A DNA stretch of 64,000 nt from Chara braunii (lineage: Eukaryota; Plantae; Charophyceae). Each line of letters begins with the position of its first letter. The first letter of the stretch is position 1. This document shows positions 40,281 to 52,121 of this stretch, piece by piece. The notes beneath the pieces are model-generated. The model ran no database searches, had not been told where the DNA came from, and saw only the letters and a list, made by a program, of their open reading frames with translations. Location of the stretch: the NCBI GenBank assembly GCA_003427395.1, contig BFEA01000002.1, positions 564,310-628,309 on the forward strand, read 5' to 3'. The position numbers and the translations under genes were made by a program.

Positions 40281-40417
40281 CAACTGTTGAAATACAGACC
40301 CGAGTTCGAATCCAGTTGCAACCAGATGAACAGAATAAAATAATTCTGAATTACCTGGAGCCCGTCAGCTCAATGATGAAACCTCAAGGGCAAAAAAAAA
40401 AAAAAAAAAAAAAAAAA
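40281..40417 (+). mobile_element. tRNA-derived SINE copy (5'-truncated) ending in poly-A
   Basis: AACTGTTGAAATACAGACCCGAGTTCGAATCC...ATTCTGAATTACCTG...ATGATGAAACCTCAAGGGC(A)26, homologous to 3118-3250. Confidence 0.75.
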
Positions 40418-41221
40418 CTCAAGGGCAAAAAGAAGGCGAGCAAAACCGATTTCCCTATCCTCTGCTTTTCTTACACGATTCCAATGGGCTCTCTTTACTA
40501 CTCAACATTGTACATGCATTTGGATGCTTTTCCGCACCAGGTGCGTTCAGAGGAATCGGGACGATTATGAGCATGTACAGTGTGGTGCAGTGGAGCGATG
40601 CTCCCATTTTTAACCCTCCTCAATCTTCATAATAATGACAGCACACAAAGGGAAAAGAATAGAAAGGTCAACGATAGCCGGGGCGGCGGCGAGAAACCAA
40701 CATCTCTTACCAAAGGTACACGGCAGGCACATGAAGGGACTGGCATGGAGGAGGAAGGGGAGGGAGGAAAAGAGACGGTAGAGGAGCCTGAAGAACAAAA
40801 ATATTTCGTCCGGTAGAGGAAGGGTTTGCCACAAATTGTTTCGTCAGAGTTTCACCGACTCAACAAGAGGTGAGGAACAGGCGGGGCTTTCCTTCCTTCC
40901 GCCTTTGCGCTCCGATCACAGTGTGACAATATATATGTGTCACAAGGACCCACTTGCACGCAGCCAAAAGGCAAAGAGGTAAAGAAAAGGAGGAGAAAAC
41001 CAAACCTGACAGGGAAAGAAAGATAATCCAATTGTCACAAAGCAAATAACACATCCCACAGATCAACATATCTTACTTCCGTCACAACGGCCCGGGGGGA
41101 GGTTGAGTGGCGTTCCCGCCAACACGAATTCTTCGTTCCCGATCCCGACCGTACTCGTAGGTTGTAGAGTTCAACGGCCACAACTGGGCCGAGGCCCCAC
41201 GCGTAAACAGGCTTGTATGAA

Positions 41222-41345
41222 GCGCCTGAATCTGGACGTGTGTTATGCCGAGATGCAGAAAAAAGCACATCAAGCGTGATTTTCTGCACCTCACATCAAT
41301 CGTGATTTTCTGCACCTCTCCACAAACACGTCCACATTCGGGCTT
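41222..41345. mobile_element. Hairpin MITE family (GCCYGAATSTGGACGTG ends); other copies at 45175-45267 and 45446-45551
   Basis: GCGCCTGAATCTGGACGTGTG ... AACACGTCCACATTCGGGC. Confidence 0.7.
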
Positions 41346-41499
41346 TAACTCCAATGCTCTTTGCCAGTGTGACCTCGCCCTTGGACAGTCAAAGATGGAT
41401 CCCCGGCGCCCTGGAATACCATCTTTCAACTGGACGGCCCCTCGTAAATTCAGCCCTATTCTCGGAAAAAAAAAAAAAAAAAAGGTTCAGCCCTATTAC

Positions 41500-41575
41500 T
41501 ACTCATCAGATTGATTCCACTGGGATTGGAACTGGGGTATGTATTTCAACAGTTCATCGGCGTACCAACGGAGCA
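41500..41575 (-). mobile_element. tRNA-derived SINE head fragment
   Basis: Minus strand GCTCCGTTGGTACGCCGATGAACTGTTGAAATACATACCCCAGTTCCAATCCCAGTGGAA. Confidence 0.6.
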
Positions 41576-41640
41576 GGGGCAGGTGGTGGTCATCTGCGTT
41601 TTCTCCTCTCATCAGGTTTGCCCAGATTTGCCCTATCTCA

Positions 41641-41870
41641 GGGCAGAATCACACTAGCACTTTGATGAAAGTATCTGAGCGCAATCAGCCCCCAGCGTGG
41701 AAGAATGTGACCGTAATCACGTCCAGAGCAAAAAACTGCTACCTTCTCCCACTGAATACAACGTAATAATAAGGTCATTATAGCTATGTATTTGGGGTAT
41801 CTTTCAGTCTAAATACAGCAATAAGGAATGTGCGTTGTATTTGGATTAAGAACGTAGTGTGAGTATGCCC
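41641..41870. mobile_element. PIF/Harbinger-like MITE with a nested Tc2-like MITE (~41742-41854)
   Basis: TCA|GGGCAGAATCACACTA ... TAGTGTGAGTATGCCC|TTA. Confidence 0.7.
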
Positions 41871-41916
41871 TTAGCGACCAGAGAGCACAAGAGTGCAATC
41901 GAAGGAGGAAAGCGCA

Positions 41917-42023
41917 CTATCTTCCCCCGGAATAGAACGTGCAGTCATTACAGCTGTATTTGGTCCTGCTTTCAGTGTAAGGTACGGGGATAACGACCAT
42001 CCGTTCTATTTGGGTGAAGACGG
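41917..42023. mobile_element. Tc2/pogo-like hairpin MITE copy
   Basis: CTATCTTCCCCCGGAATAGAACG ... CGTTCTATTTGGGTGAAGACGG. Confidence 0.8.
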
Positions 42024-42285
42024 CAACTCCAAGAGATAGGGGTGGCGAGGAAGTAGGGGGAGAGGGGGGGGCGGGGGGGGGGGGGGGCAGAGAGAAAAAG
42101 AGAAGGGAAGAGAGAGAGAGGGGAAGAGAGAGAGGGGAAGAGGGAGAGGGGAAGAGGGAGAGGGAGAGGAAGAGAGAGAAATACACCAATTTTTTGTTCT
42201 TACTTAGAGAGGGTTGATTCGTTGATCAACCAAAGTGAGAGAGCGGGCTTTCTTTTCCAGAGACTCGTTGCGAAACAATAGCCTA

Positions 42286-42393
42286 CGGTCTTCGCCCGAA
42301 TAGAACGCCCGGTAATTATGGCCGTAGGTGGACTGGAAGTTGCACCAAATACAGCTATAATGACCGGGCGTTCTATTCGGCGGGTGAAGACTG
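42286..42393. mobile_element. Tc2/pogo-like hairpin MITE copy
   Basis: TA|CGGTCTTCGCCCGAATAGAACGCCCGGT ... ACCGGGCGTTCTATTCGGCGGGTGAAGAC. Confidence 0.85.
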
Positions 42394-42590
42394 ACGGGCA
42401 GGAGACTTGAGTCACGCAGTCTCATTCATTTGCAAGCATGATTGACGCGATACACGTCCATACACGCATCCGTCCATCAACTCACCGTTCTACTTGGCAC
42501 GTCGATACACGCATCCGGTCACTGATTGGTTGACGACAGGATCAGCCGGCAATCACCCCGATTGATTAAAAATGAGTCTGCAACTAATAA

Positions 42591-42593
<3 letters not shown>

Positions 42594-42650
<57 letters not shown>

Positions 42651-42791
42651 TGTGTTTGTGTGTCTCTCTCACACACACACACGCACACATTCTCTCTCCC
42701 TCTCCCACACATACGCATGTTCTCCCGCACACACATACATTTTCTCTTCCTCTCTCACACGTACGGATGCTCTCCGTCTCACACACGCATA

Positions 42792-42876
<85 letters not shown>

Positions 42877-42989
42877 GCACGCACACATTTCTCTCTCCCT
42901 CTCCCACACATACACATGCTCTCCCTCACACGTTTTCTCTCCCTCTCTCACACGTACGCATGCTCTCCGTCTCACACACACGCATACAT

Positions 42990-43042
<53 letters not shown>
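42594..43042. repeat. Compound (CT)n/(CA)n/(GT)n microsatellite region with an internal duplication
   Basis: Read directly. Confidence 0.9.
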
Positions 43043-43044
<2 letters not shown>

Positions 43045-43509
43045 CGGGATTGCAGATATATTTCGGTGCGACAACCATTTATTATCCGGCGATCCACGCA
43101 TTGATCCGTTCATGTCAATCTCGCTATCACCTGTATGCTCATCTATCTATCTATGTATATAACATCCACCACTCCGCACCTATACGAGCTTCCATCCGTT
43201 TCCTACCCTGCTTTGTCCGAGTCCCTACCTGTACCTCATTGCCTTTTTCTGATCTCTACCCTCCTCTCTCTCTCCTCTCCTCTCTCTCCTCTCTCTCTCC
43301 TCTCTCCTCTCTCTCCTCTCTTCTCAATCGCGATTGTCGTTCCGGTCCCTCGTTTCAAATTCCGCTTCCAATTATTCCCACGGCGTCGTTCCATTATTCG
43401 TCAAATGTGAAATGGCGACTGTATTGTGCAAAAAAACTCGCCTAGATACATTGGACATTTTTTCGCATTTGGCCAGTTGTGGAGGGAGGGCATTGAACAG
43501 AGTTTCTTA

Positions 43510-44138
43510 GGGCGTACTCACACAAGGACTTTTCCTGGATGAACCGCAATTACGACCCGGCAAGGGTGCATCTTATCTTACCGTAATTATGTCCAGAGCT
43601 GAGTAGAAAAAATCCTTCAAAAAAAAAAAGAAAAGAAAAAAAAATCCTACCGGTAGCGTGAATCTGCCTTTATCCGGTCATAAAATCCGCAACGATCCAT
43701 CAAAGACTGGAGCGCCAAAATNNNNNNNNNNNNNNNNNNNNNNNNNNNNNNNNNNNNNNNNNNNNNNNNNNNNNNNNNNNNNNNNNNNNNNNNNNNNNNN
43801 NNNNNNNNNNNNNNNNNNNNNNNNNNNNNNNNNNNNNNNNNNNNNNNNNNNNNNNNNNNNNNNNNNNNNNNNNNNNNNNNNNNNNNNNNNNNNNNNNNNN
43901 NNNNNNNNNNNNNNNNNNNNNNNNNNNNNNNNNNNNNNNNNNNNNNNNNNNNNNNNNNNNNNNNNNNNNNNNNNNNNNNNNNNNNNNNNNNNNNNNNNNN
44001 NNNNNNNNNNNNNNNNNNNNNNNNNNNNNNNNNNNNNNNNNNNNNNNNNNNNNNNNNNNNNNNNNNNNNNNNNNNNNNNNNNNNNNNNNNNNNNNNNNNN
44101 NNNNNNNNNNNNNNNNNNNNNNTAGTGTGAGTGTGCCC
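43510..44138. mobile_element. PIF/Harbinger-like MITE spanning an assembly gap
   Basis: TTA|GGGCGTACTCACAC ... GTGTGAGTGTGCCC|TCA; interior homologous to 52122-52247. Confidence 0.7.
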
Positions 44139-44544
44139 TCAGATTCCGTTTTCGCCTTTCACTACCCATCTACTACTACGAAATCGATTTTTTTTTTCTT
44201 TTCTTTTTTTTTGTAAGTGCCCCCTAGTAAACTTCTCTCCCTTCCCGCTTTCGTTCTTTTTTCTTCAATTCCCCTCTTCTCCGTTTAAGTGCCTTATCGC
44301 CTTCTTTTTTTTTTCCTCCTTTTTCTTTAACTGCTCTATCGACTTCTTTCATTGATCGATTATACTTTCTGTTTTTTTTTTTTGTTTTTTTTTGAAAGGC
44401 CTTGCGAGCGTTTCGCTTCGCATATCGAAAACTTTGATTTTCCATTTTCCTTTCAGGATTTGCGCCGAGCGCGTGCGGTACCAAAAAAATCGGTTTTCTT
44501 TCCTTTGTGCGCGCGAAGCGGCGGAGCTGTACGAGGGGGGAGAG

Positions 44545-44835
44545 GGGGGGGAGGGGGGATTCACAACACCGCCAAGCCCTGGCATCCCCCAAGCGCAGTG
44601 GGGAGGGGGCGGGCAGCGGGGGAGGCGGGGATTCAAAACACCCCCAAGCCCTCACATCCCGCAAGCGCAGAGGGGCCCCGAAGGGGGGGGGAGGGAGGCG
44701 TGGGGGGATTCACAACACCCCCAAGCCCGCACATTGCGGGTTCTCTTTTTTTTGGCCCCAAAAAAAAAAAAAAAAAAAATTCCGAGTTTCTTTTGGGGGG
44801 AGGGGGAGATTCACAACGCCCCCAAGCCCCCGCAT
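44545..44835. repeat. GC-rich tandem repeat, 4 x ~70-100 bp
   Basis: GGGGATTCACAACACCCCCAAGCCC recurs at ~44555, 44627, 44704 and 44804. Confidence 0.85.
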
Positions 44836-45312
44836 TTTTCATTTTTCATTTTTATTTTTTTTTTATAAAGGAAAACACATTTCGAGTTCTTTTTTTCGTT
44901 TGGCCAGAAAACAAAAATAAAAAAAAATAAAAAATTCCCGCCTTCTTCCCTCCTCTAACATCCCCACGTGCTACCCTTCCTTGCATGAATCAGCCAAGGA
45001 TTGTGGAGATGTGCAGAAAATCCGATCGAATGTGGACGTGATTGTGGAGCGTAGAGTTTCCTCAACGCCCCACGTCCCACTAGCAGGCCCCCCAAGTCCC
45101 ACTAGCAGCGTAGAGTTTCCTCAACGCCCGAATGTGGACGTGTTTGTGGAAATGTGTGCGGTTGAATTCCTCAATGCCCGAATCTGGACGTATTTGTGGA
45201 GATGTGCGGAAAATCCGATCGAGTTTTCTCAACCACACATCTCCACAAACACGTCCACATTCGAGCGTTGACGAAACGCTGCTAATGTGACTTGGCCCCA
45301 GGGGTCCCACTA

Positions 45313-45418
45313 CCGTCTTCACCCGAAGAGAACGCCCGGTAATTATCGCTGCATCTGGACCGAAAATTGTGCCAAATACAGCTACAAATGACCGGGCGTT
45401 CTATTCGGGTGAAGACGG
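45313..45418. mobile_element. Tc2/pogo-like hairpin MITE, best-preserved copy
   Basis: TA|CCGTCTTCACCCGAAGAGAACGCCCGGT ... ACCGGGCGTTCTATTCGGGTGAAGACGG|TA. A TA TSD and CCGT terminus are typical of the Tc2/pogo group. Confidence 0.9.
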
Positions 45419-45577
45419 TAGTAGCAAAGAGGATGGGATTAATAAGCGCCTGAAAAAATATGGACGCATTTTTTTGTGGAGAGGTGTAGAAAATGGCCAT
45501 TGATCTTCTTTTTTCTGCATCTCTGCATAAAACACATCCACATTCAGGCGCGTGATCCAATCCACTTGTCTTTGTCT

Positions 45578-45623
<46 letters not shown>

Positions 45624-45704
45624 CAAAACAATCCACTTTGCTACATAGTCGGAGCTCGCCCCAGCTGAACGAGAGAGCAGGAATGAATTCACAATGCTAC
45701 ATAG

Positions 45705-45832
45705 GGCCTCGGTCCATCCACTGCTATCACGACACGCACCAAAGACAAAAAATATGGCGGTGTATGTGCCCGTGTTCTAGCGGAAGATTCATTCTCATTT
45801 TGCAATCATTTCCTGAGTAGCGGAGCGAGGCC
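45705..45832. mobile_element. GGCCTC-ended MITE with 8-bp TSD
   Basis: CTACATAG|GGCCTCG ... CGAGGCC|CTACATAG. Confidence 0.8.
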
Positions 45833-46085
45833 CTACATAGACTCCCATGCCAGCTGTCATCATTTTCATTTCTTTTTTCCCTCTTATTAACGCTCTTCTT
45901 CTCCGTTTATTAAGCGTTTTCTTTTCCCTCTTCGTTTTAAATCCGTTTTCCGTTCTCCACGTCCGTCACACAAGAGGTTTCTTTTTCTTTTTTTTTCTTT
46001 TTTTTCTTTTTTTTGTGGAGGGTTTATTTGATGCAGCGTCATCATATATATATATCCAAGGGTCGATCAGAGCGACAAGTACCCT

Positions 46086-47856
46086 CTAGCAATGAAGACC
46101 CCAGCGCAACCTCTGTAGCAGAAGGGGAAAGAAATTAGCCCCTGTGTGTACCTCTTTGTGCACCCCATTTGCGACTGGAATACCTGCTCCTCCTCCCATG
46201 AGATTTCCCGCCCCGGCAGTTTTCCCCGTTGTGGTCCCAGCCGCAGAAGCAGTAGTCCCACCACCAGCCGCGCTCCCACCCCCAGCAGGGGGAGCAGCGG
46301 CGGGACCCGAAGTATGAAGACCACCTCCACCTCCACCACCACCTCCTCCTCCTCCCGCTCCAGCTTTCGCGACAGCATTCGTCCCCGACACTCTCCCATT
46401 CCTCTCTCTCTCTCTCCCTCCCCCCCCTGCTTCTCTTTCCCTCTCTCTCCCTCCCCGCTGCTGTTGCTGATACCTGTCTCCCCTATGCTCTCTCTCCGCT
46501 CCCCCCCCCGTTTCCAAGTCTCCCTCCCTCTCTCCTCCTCCCCCTCCTCCTCCTCTGACATGTCTTGCTGCCTCCACCGTAAATTCCTTCACTCTCTCCC
46601 TCGGCAACGACGTCGGCTTCCTCTCCAGAGGCCCCGGGACCGGCCCCGGCCCATTCTTGGTATCTCCGTACTGCTGCTCCAAGTGCGCAAACTGCCGCCG
46701 GAATTGATCTACTGCGCTTGGGTACACGAAGCTCCCGTTATCCTGCCCGCTCAAGTACTCCCTCTGCAACTTGGGATGATAATGCAGTATCTCTCGGTAT
46801 ATGAGCTCTCTGACGTCGTCGATTGTCACCCTCCTCCTCTCAAATTCAAACTCGAATCGGCTGATTGCCTGGCAAGAAGGCTCCCGCTCAATCTTCGCGA
46901 GGCTGGCAAAGTAGGGGTCCGCCAGGGCCTCCTCTGCTGTTGGCCGATTGGCCGGGTCGAAGGCCAGCATCCTCTCGAGAAGCTTCAGCGCCAACGGATC
47001 TGCAGACTGAAACTTGTCCTGAAATCGCACACTCTCCTTCTTCCTCATGCTGCTCAGGTACCTTCTCGCCCTCTCGTTCCGCACCTTCGCGATGGATTCC
47101 GACGACGGTGTCCCCAGCAAGTCGGTCATCAACTCCAGCTGATGAACCACGTTTTTGCCTGGAAACAGCGGTCTCCCCGTCAGCACCTCCGCGAATATGC
47201 ACCCTATGCTCCAGATGTCGATTGCCGGCGTATAGCGGGAGAAGAAAGAGCCGCACAACTCCGGCGCCCTGTACCACCGCGTGGCCACGTAATCGGTCCA
47301 AAAGATGGCAGTGGGCGCGTCGTTGAAGGCCACCCTTGCGAGGCCGAAGTCGCACAACTTGAGCTTGCAATCGGCATTAGCCAGGACGTTCTTTGGCTTT
47401 AAATCGCGGTGAAACACGTTGGCGGTGTGGATGAATTTGAGCGCGCGAAGGAGCTGGTAGAGAAAGAACTGGCAGTGCTCAGGAGTGAGATCGTCGTTGG
47501 CCTTGATGACTTGGTGGAGATCGGTTTCCATCAGCTCAAAGACGACGTAGATATCCTTGAAGTCGCGTCGAGTGGGAGGGAGCATGATGTGCTTGACCTC
47601 GACGATATCAGGGTGGCGTAGGAGACGGAGGAGCTTGATTTCCCGGAGAATGCGAGTGGCGTCGGACACGTGTTCAAAGATGTCGTTGATCTTCTTGATG
47701 GCAACCTTATCACCAGTGAGTTGGTCGGTGGCGGAGCAGACGACGCCATAGCTGCCGCGGCCAATGACCTCCTGGATGCGATACCGGTTAGCCTCGCCGT
47801 AATCGCTGAAGAACTCGCGTTCATCCATGGCTTTCCTGCGGGCGTCGCGAGCCGCA

Positions 47857-47887
<31 letters not shown>

Positions 47888-48056
47888 GGTTGCGAGGGAG
47901 CTTGACGCGGACGCGATGAAGGTCAAGCTCTCCGCCGCCTCCGCCGACGTAGGCTCTTCCCCGCCCACGCCCTCCTCCTCCAACTCCACCTACCCCGTGC
48001 AGTTCGTCCGCTACGGAGGCCGAGGACCGGCCCCCTTGTCTACTTCCCCCTCCCCC

Positions 48057-48091
<35 letters not shown>

Positions 48092-48093
48092 TT

Positions 48094-48145
<52 letters not shown>

Positions 48146-48292
48146 GCCCCCAGCTCGAAGACAAGCTGCCGTCGTACTCTCCGGATTCGAACCTTCGTTG
48201 GAGTCTGACGCCGCAACAACGCACTGCCCTGTCAATCGGCTTAAACTCCGCCGGCACCAATGACGGATCGCATCAAACAGCGCACCACCCAT
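46086..48292 (-). CDS. MPK: Plant group D (TDY-type) mitogen-activated protein kinase, MPK8/9/15/16-like, with Gly-rich N- and C-terminal extensions. Kinase frame is ORF 46086..48260; probable true ATG at 48292 requires a frameshift in the poly-G tract at ~48050-48143
   Basis: The translation has EFFSDYGEANRY, GRGSYG, VAIKKI, HRDLKPKN, DFG, the activation loop AIFWTDYVATRWYRAPE and the group D C-terminal EFEFERRR...YPSAVDQFRRQFAHLE. The first in-frame ATG is at 47828 (MDEREFF); the ORF-track start at 48260 is TTG. The ATG at 48292 gives MGGALFDAIRHW, resembling the MGGGGNLVDGVRRW start of Arabidopsis MPK8/15. The exact orthologue cannot be assigned. Confidence 0.96.
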
Positions 48293-48333
48293 ATGCCGGC
48301 GCAGCAGCGACAGGCAGCACGTTCGACACGTGC

Positions 48334-48620
48334 CGCCTCCGCGCTTCCGAGTCCCCACCTCGCCCGCCTTCTGCACCTCTTCCACCCGATTCCCCTCCCC
48401 ACCTCCACTTGCCAGTCTCTTGGAAACTCCGGCGCGCTACGCCTCCGCGCTTCCGAGTCCCCACCTCTTCCTCCCGATTCCCCGCACCCCTCCACTTGCC
48501 AGTCTCTTGGAAACTCCGGCGCGCCACGCCTCCGCGCTTCCGAGTCCCCACCTCGCCCGCCTTCCCCACCTCTTCCGCCCGATTCCCCCCACCTCCGCTT
48601 GCCAGTCTCTTGGAAACTCC
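48334..48620. repeat. 3 x ~90-105 bp tandem repeat immediately upstream of the MAPK start codon
   Basis: CGCCTCCGCGCTTCCGAGTCCCCACCTC...CTTGCCAGTCTCTTGGAAACTCC at 48334, 48440 and 48527. Confidence 0.9.
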
Positions 48621-48822
48621 CCGCGCCTCGCGCGCCGAGTCAACTCAATGCCGCCACACACAACTCAATGCCGCCGATCACCCTTCCCTGCTGCGCCGGC
48701 CACACTCCCAAAAACACCCCTTTCCCCCTCTTCAACGGCGGCGGCGGCGGCCCCTTTCTCGTCGGCACGCCTCTCGCACCGTCGTCGCCCGCACTGCCAC
48801 ACCATTCGTCCGTCTTCTGAAT

Positions 48823-48865
<43 letters not shown>

Positions 48866-50478
48866 CACACACACACACACACCCCTGTTTCCCTCGACAA
48901 TCTCGCCTCACGCTCAAACACGGACCACGTGCACTGGGCACAGATGGACCGCAGGCATAGAGGGCGCACGCACGACGACGAAGTGGCGTTTCGTCGATGA
49001 AAAACTCCTTGTGGGGACTGCGGTGACGTGAGCTCAGAGCTCCAGAGAAAGATAAGCGAGAGGGGAATTTCGTTCTGCCCTCTGGCGGAGGGCTTACCTT
49101 CCAGCTCCTCCCTCTCTCCTTCCTTCGATTTTTTGGAGGGTGAAGGTGCTGGACTTCACCTGTTCTTCCTCTACACCCCGTCTCGTGATGCGGGCCGCCG
49201 ATTTACTTGCCCGCCGCCGCGATAATTTCAAACCGCCCCAGCAGGTACCCCCCTCTCCTCTCCTCCTCTCCTCTCCCCCTCCCCTCCCCTCCTTGCTCTC
49301 ACCTTCCCAGCGTCGCTTCCAGCCTATACTTCCCTCCTCCGCTGAGCCACCCCCTCACCCCTCACACCGCCCACCCGTACATACAATCCTACCTTGCCGG
49401 TGCTGCTCATCAGAACCAGCACGCCGCTGCTAATGTAGAGTCCCCGCCCGATGTAATTTAAGGTTATGGGATTACGCAGAGTATCATCAAATGGTTCCGC
49501 AACAAAATGTAGAGTCAAGCAATCAATCAATCAATCAATAACCCCTCTGTTCTTCGTCATTCCCCCGGTCGGTTTACAGCTGTGCAGACTGTCGTTCGTC
49601 AAAGGCTCATCATCTCGTCCCCGCCCCTCGTCAGGCCCACGCACCCACCCCTTCCGCCGCCTCCACTCCTCCCTCTCTCTCCTCTCGTCTCTTCTCTCCC
49701 CTCCCTCACTCCCCCGCTATTCTCCCGCCGTTCTCTGGACTGGCTTGTCCGCCAACTCCATGCCACGCAAGCACTCTCAGACTGACCGTCCCTCTCTCGG
49801 CGTGTACACGTGTCTTCTTCACTCTCTTTTCCACCCCTCCAACTAGGCCACCAACCAGTCCTCTCCTCCCGTCTCCCCCAGTATGTTGTGTAGATAGCCG
49901 ACAGATAACAGACGGAGAACGTGGGACCTTCACTCTCTCTCCTCCCGCCCTCCCCTTCTTCCCTCCTCCCCCTGCTTCCCCTGTCTTCTGCGCCTCGAAT
50001 ATAGGTATATATATATTGTCACACTGTATATATATATCTATATATATATAGCAGGTCCTTGTCGCTCAGCCGGAGACCAGCCAGTCTTCCTGGGCCACCT
50101 TGTAGTCCACCAAATCCCAGATGAACAGATGACTCCCCGCCGACCGACAGAGATTGTCCGACCCGCGCACCTCTCTCCTCTCTCTCCTCTCTCCTCTCTC
50201 CCTTTTCTTATCCTGTATTAACGAGATCCCGCATCGTCTCTCGGAATCCTTCACACATGGAGAAGGAGGAAGACACGTGTCCCCCGCCCAGGCAAAATCA
50301 CGCCTCTGTGATTGCCCACGTGGCCCAGAGACGAGTCCAAAAGCCTAATGCCGTCCCGACAAGCAGCACGAGGTGTCAGAACTCCACCCCTCTACTCCTC
50401 TCCCGGTCACTTCTCGCTCATCTCTCTTTCATTCGTTCGTTTCCCTGTCTTCCTTCCAACCCTCATCTTCCCCTCCGC

Positions 50479-50750
50479 TCTCCCCTCACCTACCCTTCCC
50501 AATACCGCCGCCTGCGCACCACCTCACCGCTTCTACTACCCCCTTATCTTCTCCTCCTTTGCCCATTAACCTGGGCTGGCTCCTCTCTCTCTCATTCGTT
50601 TTCCTCTCTTCCTTCCGACACTCCTCGTCTTCCACTTTTACTCTCCCCTCACCTACCCCTCCCAACACTCCAAGTCCCGATACCGCCGCCTGCGCACCAC
50701 CTCCCCGCTTCCACTACCCCCCTTATCTCCTCCTTTGCAGATTAACCCGG
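50479..50750. repeat. Pyrimidine-rich tandem duplication
   Basis: TCTCCCCTCACCTACCC.TCCCAA...ATACCGCCGCCTGCGCACCACCTC.CCGCTTC.ACTACCCCC occurs twice. Confidence 0.8.
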
Positions 50751-51202
50751 GGCACCATTTCTTGCTTCTTCCCTCCTGACGATAGCCTACCCGAGATCCC
50801 CGTGGCTGTTCCCCCATATGATCCTCGTCGACAACACGGCACCGGTACCAGCACCAGCCTTGGAAGATGGAAGAAATGCCAAATTCAATTTCAATGAAGT
50901 GAAGAAGGCGTTGCTCCTCTGGCCTGAAACATGACCACCTTGGACAAGCGCTCCAGCTATCGTCAATTTCCGAGCACACGACACACGATGCAACTACCCC
51001 CTACAACGCCTGTATGCGAGACCAGAAAAGGGAAAAGGAAGGCTGGTTGCTGCTGCGTATCTTCACGACGGACCAGAAGCTCTCGAGCTTAGCTCTTAGC
51101 TCGGCCAAGGGAAGACGTGAGAGCGGGAGAAACAGACCGAGACAGAGCTATGGGAAGACGTGAGAGCGGGAAAAACAGAGACTGAAAAGCGAGGGGAAGG
51201 GG

Positions 51203-51249
<47 letters not shown>

Positions 51250-51382
51250 AATGTGCAGCGGTCATAATAGAATAAAGGCCCAATTGGCTGATGGGTGGAA
51301 CACAAGCTAAGTGGACAACACCATCGATATGGACAGAGGGATCTGGATAGCGACAGAGCATACGGACAGACCCTCCTTTCCG

Positions 51383-51435
<53 letters not shown>

Positions 51436-52121
51436 TCCGCCTACTATCTCCCCGTGTGGCACGACAGCAACAGCAGTAGCAGCACCACGAGGGGCACTGC
51501 TACCGCTACAAGGGTGGGTACCTCCCCCCTCCCCCTCCCCCGACACCCGCCCGCGCGCCTGTGGACGCAGACAACCCGGAGGAACAAGAAGGCATATGAG
51601 CAGGATGAACGAGATCCACCACCCAAATGAGAAAGAATCCAACTCCGATGAACCAAATCGCTCCCCCTCACCTCAGCTCCAGCTCAGGGTCAAGCTCAAA
51701 CTCAAAAAGCTCCACTCACCCTGACGAATATGCGAAGAAGCGAAAGGAAACGGCACTCCATTCGTCACACTCCCTCTACCCTCCCACCTCCTCTCCCTCT
51801 ACCCTCCCACCTTCTCCCCCCTGCTCTGATTTACCGCCCTGACTGCTTTACCACCTACCCCTCCACGTCTGACCCCTCGTCCTCCCCACGCACAGCGCAG
51901 TTTGCGCGCCTTGGCCTCACAGAATCGGACACCCGCACGGGACACGCACGCGGGCACCTCAGGCTTCGCCCACGCCCGGGTTCCAGATTCCACCATAAAC
52001 CACGCGGTTCCGTCGGCGGGTTCGTCCCATCAAGTCAAGAAAAGCAAGGCCCATGTTCGATCCCTAGACTCCAAGCTCCCTTCGGTCGGCGAGCACCACA
52101 CAGCCCGCCCTCTCTCAGTCG

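Noticed and set aside
38818-40570. Long ORFs spanning N-gaps (also 23474-24137, 43658-44169 and 56607-57043)
   Set aside because: Artefacts of N runs and microsatellites.
46146-47402. 418-aa plus-strand ORF
   Set aside because: Antisense shadow of the GC-rich MAPK coding sequence.
50741-51090. Plus-strand exon-like segment after TTTGCAG
   Set aside because: In-frame stops and no recognisable homology.
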